Of a DNA stretch of 64,000 nt, positions 17,351 through 39,899 are shown one piece after another (position 1 is the first letter of the stretch; each line of letters opens with the position of its first letter). The notes under the pieces were generated by a model. That model was not told the origin of the DNA. It made no database searches and saw nothing but the letters and a program-made list of their open reading frames with translations. The translations under genes and the position numbers were made by a program. The stretch lies in assembly GCF_009914755.1 (NCBI RefSeq), contig NC_060931.1; one strand, given 5' to 3'. The DNA comes from the human T2T-CHM13v2.0 reference genome, Homo sapiens.

Positions 17351-17730
17351 TGTGGTGAGACATTGCTCCCAGGGTCTCTCAGATTTCTGCATGTCTTGTG
17401 AGTAAGCCATTGACTGCCCTTTCTTTAGGACTATGTCTTCCAGGATATTTATCTACCAAACAGTTTTGGAAGCTAGAGATAATGTTTCCCTCTGGAGAAA
17501 GGGGAGCAGAGATGCATTTCTGTCCAGTATGGTAAAGATAATGTATACCATATAAGCCAAGAGCAGGCCTGTTTATGTTTACTGCCCATTGTAAAAGTTT
17601 CAGGTTCCCCAAGCTCAAGGTTTCGTCTCTTGTAACAAAATCCACTGCACATGCAACTGTCATCATATTTATTTTGTTGCCCTGTGGGAATCGAGGTTTG
17701 GAGAACTGACACAAAAATGCTGATACTGGG
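17351..17730 (+). mobile_element. ERVL LTR (LTR40-like)
   Basis: tgtggtgagacattgctcccagggtctctcagatttctgcatgtcttgtgag resembles the LTR40 5' end. Confidence 0.65.
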
Positions 17731-18540
17731 ACATGGAACCAAATGCATAGATCATAGAAGACTTCCTAGAGGAAATGATCTCTATTATGAATAATGAAAT
17801 ATATGTAGGAGTTACTGAATGAGAGAATAATGCGCAAAGGTTCAATGCTTAGAAAGAGCATGAAAACATTGGGATACCTGTGGGGGTTTCAGCAGAGCGC
17901 AAGCGTTGGGTACACAGTAGAGAAAAGAATATGGAATAAGACTGAAAAAGAACGTTAAAAAAAAATAGGAAACTGGGGAGGTAAGGGTGTCCTGACATTA
18001 ACAGTCTTGTGTGCCATGACATGGAGTTTAGACATGATATAAAGATCATGAGGAGCCACTGAAGGATTTTAAGCATGGATATTTGCATCTTGGAAAGATC
18101 ACAGTATCAAAAACATTGAAAACAACAGAATTAGAAACACAGAGGCCTTTAAAATCTCTTACTTGGTAAACTGGTTTAGAATTTATAAGGAATTCAAATA
18201 GGAAATGGCAGAAGTAGGGTCACATTAAGGACTCAACTATTGCAAAGATTATGATGTATACTACTGTACCCCATGTGTATTTCAAATAAAAACTATACTG
18301 AGCCATAAAATAATTGCAAGAAAACTCAATTATGTTATGATATTTTCTTACGTTAAATATATATTTTTGATATATCAAATATTAAGTTACTTTCAATTTT
18401 TGTTTGTTTCCTTGATTCCTGGTGTTTTGAAGAAATTATCTGACAAAGATTAAGGATGACTTTCTCCTCCTTGCAAAGTGTAAATTAATCATCTGGTTTG
18501 AAAGACTCAGAATTTTAGGCAACAGATATCAGTCAAAAGG

Positions 18541-18680
18541 TTTTTTTTTTTTTAATAGACAAGATTTTTCTAACAGACAACGTTACCCAGGCTAATTTTG
18601 AACTCCTGGCCTCAAGCAATCTTCCTGCCTCAGCCTCCCAAAGTGCTGGGGTTACAGGCATGAGCCACCATGCCCAGCCC
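18541..18680 (-). mobile_element. FLAM / left Alu monomer
   Basis: Monomer with T tail; degenerate TSD agtcaaaagg/agacaaaggg. Confidence 0.8.
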
Positions 18681-19379
18681 AGACAAAGGGCTTTTAAACA
18701 ATGTCCTTTTCTTCTTCTTAAACATTTTTGTTCATTTACAGTTAGATATTATCTACACACTGGTTTCTCAATTTTCTACTGGTGAATTTTCTTTTTTGAA
18801 ACTATTTCTTAATTCTAAAAGTGAATTCCTTTCCTGCCCTCTGAGTAGCTGATAATGTCTATTTACAGTTCAACTCTGCAGATATGATCCGGTCATTGCT
18901 TACCTAGGGAGGAGGTTGCAAAGTAAATGCCTCTTTTTTACATTTGAGTTGATCAACAGTGAGAATGTCTAAGTACGGTGTTTCTTCTCTCTTATTTGGA
19001 GCTTTTAGAGATGGGCTTCCTCTACTGCTTATCATAAACATGACAAAGTAAACAGTGTACAGAAATTCCCAAGACTGAGTAAGATAAAATGATTCTGAAG
19101 AACATCTGATGTTTTAATTTCTTCCACTTACATTAATGTATCAATTATTTCTTAGAAAGAGGACACTGTACATCTTTCAGTATTATGGTCTTCTGGTACC
19201 TGTTTATCAATGTTCATCTTTTTCTCAGATGAAGGTATTACAGAATTCTTACATGACAAAGAGCCTAGAGTCTTGGCCAGTGAGGAATTTCTGAGGGCTA
19301 CTTGAAATCTCATAGTCTGCTAGTGCCTTACTCATGCAATAAATCTGTCTGTTAGATAAACCAACACCAGGAAGAGAAA

Positions 19380-19940
19380 ATGAGGAGAAATACACAGATT
19401 TGAAGGCAATTTAGATGGTATAATAAAACTTGTTTGGTTAAAGAGAGGGAGAGTACAACAATGACTGCCAGGATACTGAGTGGAGCAGTGGCCATCATGA
19501 GGTCAGGAATACTAGGAGAGGGAAAATGAATTCTGTTTCAGGCAGGTAGAATATGAGGGGCCTGGAAAACATCCAAATGGTGATGCCAAGTTAGCTAAAT
19601 GATTCAGGAGCTCAGGAAAGCCATTTGAGCTAAACACTTAGATTTAGGAGTCATTAACATTTAGATGGTTGTGAAATTCATATAATAAGTGAAGTCACTC
19701 AAGGAGAATGGATAGAATGAGAAGATAAAAGAAGGAGAGTATGGAAGCCTGAGAAACATTAGCATTCAGAAGTGAGCAAAAAATAGAGGAGTATCAGATG
19801 GAGAAGGCCTAGGCAGCCAGAGAAATTACAGAAAAATTAGGAATGAAGAAAGAGGTGTCATAAAAACTACGAAAGATTTAAGTAAAAGGGAATAATCAGC
19901 AGTGTTAAATGGCGCAGAAGGTCAAATGAGACATGTACTG
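19380..19940 (-). mobile_element. L2 fragment
   Basis: gatttaggagtcattaacat, agtgttaaatggcgcagaaggtcaa. Confidence 0.6.
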
Positions 19941-19945
19941 GGAAT

Positions 19946-20377
19946 TGTATTAACCCATCCTCTCATTGCTATAAAGAAATATCTGAGACTGGGTAATTTA
20001 TAAGGAAAAGAGGTTTAATTGGCTCATAGTTCCACAGGCTGTACAACAAGCATGGCAGCATCTGCTTCTGGGGAGGCCTCAGGGAGCTTTTACTCATGTC
20101 AGAAGGCAAAGCAGGAGTAAGCTGTCTTCACATGGCTGGAGCAGCAGTAAAGGTGTGGGGAGATGCCACATGATAACTCACTGATTATCATGAGAACAGC
20201 ACCAAGGAGAAGGTGCTAAACCATTTATGAGAATGCTAAACCATCTCATGATGGTGAAAACCATTCATGAGAAGCTGCCCTCATGATCTAGTCACCTCCC
20301 ACCAGGCCCTACCTCCAACACTGGGGATTATAATTTGACGCGAGATTTGTTCAGGGACACAGATCCAAACCATATCA
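19946..20377 (-). mobile_element. MSTA-like MaLR solo LTR
   Basis: tgtatta...ccaaaccatatca; 5-bp TSD GGAAT/GGAAC. Confidence 0.88.
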
Positions 20378-21389
20378 GGAACATATTACATGTACTGTTT
20401 TGTAGATTGCTTTACTCCTTACAGGAAATTGTGAATATGTTTTAATTTCAGGAACTACAGATCTCCAGTGTAATTTAAAATGGCTACAACATAGCTGTTA
20501 CATAGAATTCATTTGCATAGGTGCACCGTGATTTATTTATCCAACCACCAACTAAACCTTAAAGTTATTCTCAATTTTTCCTTTTATAAAAATTTCTCTG
20601 AATATGTTTGTATATAGATCTTGATGTGTTCAATTATTTTCTTGGGTTAACATCCTAGAATTGGAATTACTAGGACAAAATGTCTATAGAGTTTGAAGAC
20701 TTTTAATGTATTTACCAAACTGCCTTTCAGTAAGCTGATTCTGAAACTTCTAGATTAAACCAGGGAGACTGGAAAAGGGGTAGGTGGTCAGTAGTGTCAC
20801 CTGATTCTGGGCAGAAAAAAAATGGACATCCTCTAGAGAGAAGCATCTATGGATGGGAACTCCATAGATTAAGATCAAACAATTGCAGGGCCTACTATTG
20901 CTGGAAAAATTGCTGGACTGACCAAAGAGGAGGGGGCAGGCATGCCCTCCCCATTCTTGAACAGTATTGACGTGAGCTTTCCCTGAGCCAGAGGCTGCAC
21001 CATCTGGAGACAGCATGCCAAATTAGGAAAATCCCTCAATTGAGTGGAGGGGTTGTCAAGGACAGTGATGAGGTCTGGCTCTGGGCCCATTTCCTTGGGT
21101 GTTCGTAGGCAGCTGCAGCTGTGGGATAGAGAAAGAAAAAAGCAGAGGACTGATAGAAAAACCCTGACTGGATGCACGAAAGCTTCTGGGGCTGGGTAAA
21201 CGGGAAAGAAAAAAGCTGGAGCAGTTTTTTTGGGGGACTGGGGGACCTCTTGGAAAGTCAGTGAGGAGGGAAGAAAGCCATGAGGAAGACAATGGGCAAG
21301 AAGGTCCTGGGGATGGCGAAATTCGATTCTCCTTAGATATCAAGGAAATTGTCCTTGCCCTCCAAATCCACAGCCTCCCAGTCCTAGAA

Positions 21390-21910
21390 GGTGAGTGTGA
21401 CCCGGCCAGGCCTCACGCTGGCCCCATCCACCCAACCCTGGTGCCGCCCTGCAAACCAGCGCTAGCAGAGAGCCAGAGGATTCCTACCCTGGTCGTGTCT
21501 GTTTGGACTGGAGGACACGTGTGGGGCTTGGTCGTCTGCTTCATCCGCCCTCCTTTCCCGCTCCAGGGGGGTCGCTGATGCTCAAAGCAGGGAGCACACT
21601 TCTTACCGGACTTAGTTTTTGGTCTTTTGCTAAATCTTGACAGTTCATCACGACTCCCTGCTGATGGCTTCCAGAGTGGAGGGCCAAGTCTGACCGGAAT
21701 GCCGTCTGAAATGGGAATGAAGGATCGAAATTGTGGGAGAAGTCTCTGCCCGCGACCCCTGTCCCCTGGCCGTAGTCCTGGTCACCCGGGAAAGGACCTC
21801 AGCTGATTGCTGAGAGGAAGATTCAGATACTGAAGGTAGCGCTGCAGCTACTCGGCTCTGCCTCTAGATGTCACCCTTGGAGTCAAAATAACAACTGGCT
21901 CCCGAGAGCT
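21390..21910. promoter_or_regulatory. CpG-rich, promoter/enhancer-like non-repeat segment
   Basis: About 22 CpGs in about 520 bp by hand count, E-box CACGTG at 21516-21521, GC boxes CCGCCC, splice-donor consensus on both strands. Confidence 0.5.
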
Positions 21911-22599
21911 GCTCACATCACAAGGAAAGGACCCAGAATGTGCCTTGCCCCTCAGGGATTTAACAAACCCCAACTGGTGAATTAGACATATCCGAACCCC
22001 AAAATAAAGGACCTGGGGTGCAAGGGGAAGCAAATAACTGCTCACTCTCTCTCCTCCCGTGTCAGGTATGTGAGGAGAGCTGAGGTTAGAGGATGGAATG
22101 ATGGTACCGCAATGAAAGTAACTGATAGAGATTCCAGGACTCTCTTTTGCCTGGACAATGAACTAGTTTGGGCAGGAGCTACCTTCCACCCGCAACAGGA
22201 ACGGCTGCAACTTCTTACTGGCCCCAAGACTTCTAAAGTGCTAGGCAGCTGGGTTTCCCAGAAAATTCCTGTAAACAGCTAACATCTAAATTAAGTCAAC
22301 ATCAAAATGAGCATTTCCCTATCACCAAGTAATCTATAGTTGGCCCACTGAAAAGATTATTCTTATGCTCTCTCAATTAAAAAAAAAAGACATGAGAGGA
22401 GAGGGGTGCCTCTTCGCCTCAACTTGGCCGCGTGTCCCACAGTGGCATAGCTCTCGACAGGGTAGAGGAAGAACTGGGACCCACAGATTCTTGCTCACTG
22501 TGAATGTTGCCCAGCACTGCCTGTTCCTCACCCATGCCATGTGATACTGCAGAATTTACTTTAATCCATCTCACCACACTGCAGAATACCAAAAACAAA

Positions 22600-23110
22600 C
22601 AGAAGATCATACAGACAGAGTAAGAGGAAAGTCAGATACCTAACAGGGAACCACAAATAGCAAGTAGACTTCTGACCTCAACAATGAAGATCAGGAGGGG
22701 GAGAATAGCTACAAAGTGCTGAGAGAACATATCTAACTCAAATTTTGTATGCAGAAAACCTTCCTCCAAGAATGAGAACAAAATAAATAAATTATTTAAT
22801 TTGATAAATAGAAACTTAGTTTGTCACCAACAAATTTACACATAAGGAACACGTAAAAGTTAACTTCAAGAAGAAGGAAAATGATATGAAAGGGAAGGTC
22901 TAAAATCCAAGAAGCAATGGTGATGAAAGTGGTTTACAGATAAATCTAAAACATTACAAAAATGATGATAATAATAGTGATAATGTCTAATTTGAAGGAT
23001 TTGAAAAGGGACAGAAGTAAAACATGGGACACAAATGACATGCAGATGGCAGGGAGCTGATAGGAGTCTAAGCATTCCAGAGACTCTCCCATAGGGGAAT
23101 AGGTTAAGAT
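22600..23110 (+). mobile_element. Very old L1 (L1ME/HAL1-like) ORF1 end
   Basis: tacaaagtgctgagagaa...attttgtatgcagaaaac...aagaatgagaacaaaataaa. Confidence 0.55.
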
Positions 23111-23329
23111 ACAGTATCAACTGTAGACATCAGTACACTTTTTAAAAACATATATTGCTTTATATAAATAAAATCTTACATAAACTTCATAAGGGAAAAA
23201 GAGAATGTAAATCTGAAAACTCTAGAAGTATATAAAGTAGAAAGTGGAAATCTCTCCTTATTTCTATACTTTATACTTCCCAGATGAAATATTTTGTTTA
23301 CATGCATATGTGCACCCATACACACAAGC

Positions 23330-25340
<2,011 letters not shown>

Positions 25341-25440
25341 CTTCTATTTCTTTTGCTGCTTTTCTAATCAGATTGCAATGTACACTCTGATTGTTGCTCT
25401 GAATTTTATAAGGATAAGCAATACATACTATGTCAACTCA

Positions 25441-27560
<2,120 letters not shown>

Positions 27561-30500
27561 AACATGTTTATATAATAGTAATACTATAAAAATATAATTT
27601 AAAGGGAAATTGTTGCCAAAGCAACAATAAAAGCAAATAAGCTCCCATGAATAGATCTAACAAAAAATAAGCAAGAGTTTTAAGAAACCGTGGGCTCATC
27701 ACTCTATACATGTATGAAAACTTAGAGCTATTTGGCCCCACCTGCAGCCACTTGGGAACAACACCTGCAAAATTTGCAGGAAGGAAGACCCTGGGGGATG
27801 GGAAGGCAAGGTGCAGAGAAGGTCTAATATGAAGCTGAATAGGTGTACCATCAGGAAAGCCCCAAATTTGTACTGCTCCTCTTTTACAATACTTTGCAAC
27901 AAGATGACTATGGCCCATTAACGATGTGGAATGCTATCTGAAGGGTCTACTGGAGGCTTCTCTGTGGGCAACTTCCTGTGGCATCTTGGGAACACCTTTA
28001 TGTCTGAACATCCTCGATATGCAGTTACCAAGGTTCACCCTTCATCTTTTATGCTCTCAAGGACTTAGCATTGTCTGGGTGGTGTCAGCTAGAGAGTATT
28101 GTTGCAGTTGTGGAGGACCTTATGCAAGGCACTTGTTCATGCCTGCTTACACTTGGCCGCTGTCATTCACTATCAGCTCAGCAGCAAGGAGCAGAACTCT
28201 GCTTAGGGCTTCCCCACTTTCACACCCAATCCCTGTTCCCAGTTTCCAGCCCAAGCCAGAGCCCTACCTGGTAGGGGACATAGATGAGCCAAGGCTATCA
28301 AGCAGAAACAAATATAGTTTAATGGATTTGTTTGTTTTGGCATTTTGCATTATATGAAGTCACACTCAAGCATTCCAATGCTCTGTCTCTATTCTTGTCC
28401 TACTAAATCACCTTCTGAGAGGAGATTATTCCTCATCAGGAAAAGAGGAGAGTAAAATGGAATGGTAAGAAAGAAATGTGGAGTGAAAAAAATGTAACAT
28501 ATAAAGAATGAAAAACATGTATCAAATTATGTGTCAGGAGTGGGAAGATAATATATTTTAAAAAGCAGCCAAGAGATAATAAAGAGACAGAGAGAGGTTG
28601 GAAAATTAATGATGGTAAATATGAATCTACATACTCATATGTACAAAATCACTTCAGTAGGGTATCTTGCTAAAATCTAACTTAATTTAAAATCTAATTT
28701 AATATGACATTGGCCCAATTTCCATGACCAGGTTAATACAAAGTTTAATCTCAGTCATATTGGAACTTTCTGGCCTCCCCTACCCCTCATACCATGAAGT
28801 ATTTCAAGGGACTTAGAAAATATTATGGGTAGCACCTTTCATCTTCAGTCCATTGTCATTACCACTGATACTATTGTCCTTGCTAGACTTTTGGAGGGTT
28901 CTTCTATTTCTTTGGGCATGTGCGTTTCTGCCAAAGTTAGGTGACCATGCAGCCAACTTTCCACCCAAGTTCTGTCACCTTCCCCAATCCAACCTCAGGT
29001 CCCCACTCCCTGTGAAGCCTGCTGACCTCCAAACTCTTCTATGGCTTTAAAAATTCCACCTTTTCTCCTCTCTCTCAAAATCATACACTTCTTTCCACTA
29101 CTTCCTAATATAATCCCCTTGGGATCTCAGGCTTTTGGAAAACAAATGACACAGAGGGAAAGTAGTTTATGTAGAAGTCAAAGAACATAAGAGGTCTGAC
29201 TACCTTCTTGGAACTGAGGGATTGGGAAAAACTCTGAGGAAAAAAATACAAATTTATATCTCAACAAATTATCCTTTTGCATAAAGTCAAAGGAACCTTG
29301 CATAGCCTCAGCCAGCTTCAGCACCTTGATTAGGCCCCAGATGGATCACACAGGAATGGGTACTTGCACTTCCTGGACTCAAGAACAGCGCTGTATGAGT
29401 GAAGACCCCTGTCCAAAGACTCCTGATTCACAGTGTCAGCAATGCAATAAACTCAGCAGGGGATTGGCCAACTCTGGATAAATAACCACACACTACAATT
29501 TGCACTCACCAAAACCCCACTATTAGCTACAGTTTATAATAGTTCAAAAATCCAGTGAACTCTGAAACTGAAGAATGTTGGTGGAAGAGTACTTTGATCT
29601 TACTGGTTCATGCACAGGGCAACTGTTCCAGATAGACTCCTCAAGTCACCTGTTTCCAACCACAGAGAAATATAACATCAGAGAAGACAAGCAGGATAAT
29701 CACTCTTGAGGTTGATTAACCTGGAAGTTTGACCTCTCCTGAGGGCAGACAGGGAGCAGTGAATTCTGGGGAGAGCTAGCATGTGGTTAGGGCTCCCTGG
29801 CTCTCTATCTGGCATGTAAGTCTGCTGGCCATGGAAGCAATAAATACAGGACCACATTAACTTCCTGTTGGCTGGGCTCTATCCACACATTGGGAAAAAA
29901 GGGAAGCTGAGGCTTCTATGTCCTTGAGATGGAGGTGAGGGGTAGGAAGAGAGGGAAGCTGCTAATAAGCTGCTGTGACCCAGCCTACAGCTTATTAGCA
30001 GAAAGGGAGATTTCAGTTTATTCTGAAAGGCAACTCCATGTTTTGTAGCTTACCGAGAGGTTTTACCAGGAAGAGACCACATGCTTAGTAGATCTCAGTC
30101 ATACATGAAAAACATGATGAAGGCAAGGAAGAGAAAGCAGTGAAGAAAATGAAATCAGAAATGGTCAATTTCTTTTTATAAGAAGACCCAGAACTAATAT
30201 TCAAACAGGGAATGCTCTAGGAAGTGAAACTGCGAACAAGAATCCGAGAAAACTAAGAAGAAAGGTTCATATGTGGGCCTATTTGCAGCTATTTCACAGT
30301 GGGAAAAGATACCTGGGGGTTATTTTCACAGTTTGAGGAAGCTCCATAATGTGAACATTTTCTTTTATAAGAAAGCATTAACGTAAGTTGGTTCAAATGC
30401 TTTGGTGCTCAAGGGAGATATAAATAAGTAACTAAGCAAATATAATTTAAAGTTATCTACCACAACATATATAAAACATATTTATCTTGGAGATGTTCAG

Positions 30501-31559
30501 CATATTTCCTATATGATACTATTTCTGTGAGCTTTAAGGAACTCACCACAGGATTTGACTGGCTTAGAATCTTTCTTCACCATTTGCAACCTGGAAATCT
30601 ATCTGTCCTGTAGAGATCCTTGTTAGCTATATGCATTAGAGTAATGCTTGCTCCATAATGCATATTGTCATGAAGCAGGCTGAGAAGGAGGTATAATTCT
30701 CACAAGCTGATGTATTCAACAGATCAGGGTAAGGTTCAGGCAAAGTTCCCATTTTCCTATCTAGGTCGTAGATGCGGCAGGGCGGGCTTCTACCCCTGTG
30801 CCTTCCCGGAGAACCACTGGCAGGTTTCCAGCAGAAGCTATAGAAGAGGCCCTTGACCTACTTTCACATGCTGCTGGGCTCGCATTTGACATGACTTCCA
30901 GCATCTTGCTAATTGTCTTTACTCCCAGCTTCTGACTGTTTTCTCACTTTTTCTTGGCTGCCTCCTGGGATTACCTTCTGTTCACCCTTGGTTTGTGTTT
31001 TACTCTCTGGCTTTGGAATATCATCCATTTTACTTGCTTGCCTGGTTCTCATCCCAGATCATCTCTGACTAGATTCAATATATCTTGTCCCCTCACCCGT
31101 TTTCTGAGAGAGGCTGTGTTATTTTTTCCTCTCATTTGCCTCTTTCTTCTATGCCACACTCTCTTTCCCAGCCTCTCCTTTATTATTTACACATTTAGAA
31201 ACTAGAAACTGCCAGACATGTCATTTAAATTCTGCGTAATGCCTATCTATGTTACTGGGAATTATTAATTTCTCATTGAATATTTGTCATAGTGAATATG
31301 AATCAAACTAATTTTCAAGCTACTCAATTAATTGTGATCATAAAAGTAGTTTGGTGAGTCAGGATTTTTTACAAAATGAAGTAGAATGTGATAGAATGGA
31401 AAATGCCAGAGTACATAGTAAAACAGAGTATTGTAGAGTATTTGTGAAACTTGTGTTTCACAAAAGTTGGGGATCATAGAGTTATTTTTTAATACTGTAG
31501 GTCATGGTTAAAAAATTTGAAAGCCATGAATTAGACTGAAGGGTGGGTTAGATAAATAC

Positions 31560-31915
31560 AGTTTACCCCACCCACCCAGGCCTTGTCATTGGGCAGCTCT
31601 ATGCTCTGGTCATAGTGATTGGCCGAGGAAGACACACGTGACATAAGCCAATCCGGAGTCCTCTCTGAGACTGTTTTTTTTTTTTTTTTTCTTGAGTATC
31701 AGGAACAACCTTTTCTTTTCACTGGAGTGACTAAATTGATAAAACATGAGTTTAAGGTTACTGATGGACATATTGGAGAAACTGGGAGGCAGAGACAGTG
31801 CCCCTTGTCCCAGTGTATCCCTGGACTTTTCATTACGTAAGGCAATGCATTCCCGTTTTGGCTTAAGATAGTTTAAGTTGGATTTTTGCCCTTTGCAACA
31901 AAAAAATCCTGGGCA
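31560..31915 (+). mobile_element. Old MaLR LTR fragment (MLT1J/K-like)
   Basis: catagtgattggccgagg...gtttaagttggatttttgccctttgcaac. Confidence 0.55.
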
Positions 31916-32054
31916 ACTTAAAAGAACATGATGAGGAGTGAGAATAGCTGGATTTAGGCTTGCCAGTGTCACATACTAAATATATGACTCTTGGAAAATC
32001 TCAAAGGCTCTATAGCTCTCAATTTGCTTCTCAACTGAAATAAGAGGAGTGCAT

Positions 32055-32245
32055 CAAATTGGTGACTCACAGTGCTTGTTGGTCATCAGAATTCCCTGTG
32101 GAGCTTTAAAAAATACAGATATCTTAGCTCCATATTAGGTTTTCTGAATCAAAACCTGGTGGAGTGTGGTCCAGGCAGGTACTTGCAATTTTTTAAATGA
32201 CCTTAGATGATTCCGACGTACAACCAAGGTAGGTAAGTGCTGAAC
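32055..32245. mobile_element. MER5-like MITE
   Basis: catcagaattccctgtggagctttaaaaaatacagat...tctgaatcaaaa. Confidence 0.6.
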
Positions 32246-34654
32246 TAGGTCATCTCTCTAAGATGTTTATACCCCTAATACTCAGTGCCTTGTGATTCCT
32301 CAGAGGTCACACAGTCTGATTGAATTTTCAGCTGTTGGTATAGTGACAAATACAGAATTTGGACTCACTCTATTTTTGTTCAGTGGCCTAGGATGAATGA
32401 TGTAATGTAAATGGGAATAATGACTAATAAATAAATGCTATCACAATTCCTAATTAGCCTTATAGACAAGCAGCAATCACCACTGCATCAATTAAGTGTT
32501 CTTAGTGCAGACACTCACAGGACGGTCTAGCATCATAACAAACTCTTTTAGTCTTTTGAGAAGTAGGGGGTTCAAGGGGAGGAGTGTTAAAGAAAAAAAA
32601 AGTGCAAGAAAGTGGGATGATTAAATTTGCTTTGTGTCATTACAAATATTTCTAGTATCCAGAAGTGTCACATTTCAGTTCTTTCCTGTGTCACAGCACG
32701 AATGTAAATTAGAAATGTTAGACAAGCGATAATACAATGGCCTCAGTGATCTTTCTTAAGTAATTTTCTCTTGCCCAAAGCTTTCATTCTGTATAGAAAT
32801 GGCATATTTCTGTCATTAATAAAAAACACATGGAGATAAGTCTCACTACCCCTCCAGATTCGTGTCTATTTTCCTCTTTAACATGCTTCAAGATAATTTA
32901 TTCATCTATTCATTGTTTTTCACAGGCACACTAACAAGACGAGCAGACTTGAAATGCTTTGTCTAGGAGAGTGGTGTCTTGGTACATTTTCGTTATGCTC
33001 CTCTCACTCCTACTCTTTGGAGGAAAATACAGTGAGTTATGGGATAGCTGCAGGGATGTATACACATCCTTCAAGTGCACATATTCATCATTTTCACATT
33101 CTGGGGGCTCCAGGGCAGTGGCCACAGAGGAGAGAAGGATGTGTAGTGTGTGTTCTTGAATGATTGCTGAAGACCTTTGGGGAGGGGAAGGAAGATGGAT
33201 GAGGACCGCCAAGTAGGTAGAATGGGGGAAGTAAAATAGGATACATTTTTGCACCTAAGGAAATAACTATTTTTGAAATGTTAGAGTAGCCTGTCAGCCT
33301 TGACAATTTTTTTTCCAGGTTTTGAGGAAACCAGGTTGAGTAATTACAGGCAGTGACTGTCATTGTCAAGATAGTTCTGTAATTAGAGAAACACAAAATA
33401 TGTCTCATTTAGAGGCACCTCAAATAGAGCCACTGGGTCAGCCATCAGTTGGAAAAGGTTAATAAAGTCAGAATGGCCAGGCGATGGTGACGCTGAGGAC
33501 TGTAGCAAAGGTCCGTCATAGGAGAGGATGTTCCTTCCTCCTTAAAGCATGGGCTTTCCTTTGAAGCCAATTTGGAAGGAGCAGTCTGGAAGGAGAAATG
33601 GATCTGAATTGAACTCTGCAGTAAAATTAAAGGGAGGGGCAGGCAGGAAAAGCCTCATCAAGTTCCTAGGCATTCACTGGTCAGGGTTTTTAAACCCTAG
33701 TTGCTTTCTTAAGTTAATGGAGTAAAAAATACTTCAGGGGGAGGAGCAAGATTCTTTCTTTAGACTCGTGATATAGTTAGAATCCATTTTTGCCCATGTA
33801 TAAATCTTACGAAATGCTTTAAGCTGGGTAGCTCACAGTCTAAGCAATCAATATTTTAATAAGCCTGGAGTCAAAATCTTAACTACCTCACAATTTGGAA
33901 ATAAACAAGGAGCCTTTACCCATGAAAGCATGTAGAAAGCAAAGCATGTAGAAAGCCAGCATACATGAATTAAGGTGCGAGTTGGAGGACATCATCATCA
34001 TTTATTTAATGAATATGATAAGCAGTTGGATGCAGCTGCCTTCAGGCATCTAGTATAGATTTATGGTTGCCCAAGTAGACATCCTGAATTCTAATAAAGG
34101 CAGCTGATCAGAATAACTGATTGCACAGACAGTCATGTTATGTGTGGTTTTCATTTTGCTTTTAAATTTAGAAATGTCTCCCTTGTTCTTATCACACTGA
34201 TAATAAGTGCTTAAGAAATGAACATATCTTTAGCTTTTAATGGAATTACACACCTAAAATGATTTTCAGAATATAAGAAAAATCCAAGAATTTTAAATTC
34301 TCTATAAAGCCAGGTAATGTAGTCTCCTTTTCTCCTTTCCCTCTTCCCTTTCTCCCCTCTCCTTTCTTTGCATTTTATATTTAGGATGTGAAATCTCTCT
34401 AAGCAAAATATGAGAACTATGTGAAAATTATGCTAAAATGGACTTTTGTTCAAGAAAGCTTTATTCATCAGCCCCCAATGGATGTGATCTTTAACTACTA
34501 ACACCGTATCTTACTCTGGATATAAGAATAATATTAAAAGTCAGGCTTAAAAAGGAAACGAAAGTATTAAGATTTCAATTGACTAAACCAAAGGTGTTTG
34601 CCCACATACCTAACTTTTTCCTTCTTATTTAATATTCAATGTAACAATGTCCAC

Positions 34655-39478
<4,824 letters not shown>

Positions 39479-39612
39479 TGCCCACTTTTAATTCTGTGCT
39501 TGAGCCAATGGTATCATAGTCAGTGTTCAACTCTACCCACAGATTGTGCTAACTGCTAGTAGGTGCAGGGCTAGCTAGCTGAACATTACTGATGGTAAAA
39601 CGATAATTATGG

Positions 39613-39613
<1 letters not shown>

Positions 39614-39644
<31 letters not shown>
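39614..39644. repeat. (TG)n microsatellite
   Basis: About 15 TG units. Confidence 0.97.
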
Positions 39645-39647
<3 letters not shown>

Positions 39648-39899
39648 AAGTACCTGTAGTTTAAACCATTGTGGCCTAATGAGGTGGCTAAAAGTTAACA
39701 TTTTTGTTTGAAACAATAAAGAAGGGAAGTAAAATCCTGTTCTTTAAAATTACGATTTTGTATTTGAGAGGTCCTGGGCATAGAACACCATCAGGCATGT
39801 TCCATCTCTGTGAATTGACCTCTCACCCAGAAGCTGGGAAATTATCTCTATAGAAATTATATAAATATAATTTCCAGATTCTCCTACCTTCAAACATGT

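Noticed and set aside
27568-28357. 116-143 aa ORFs in unique sequence
   Set aside because: No recognisable domain, splice structure, poly-A or TSD; composition looks random.
30049-30382. Possible decayed + strand exon (RKRPH...KAVKKMK, donor AAC|GTAAGT)
   Set aside because: About 7 stops in about 111 codons, which is the random expectation for this base composition.
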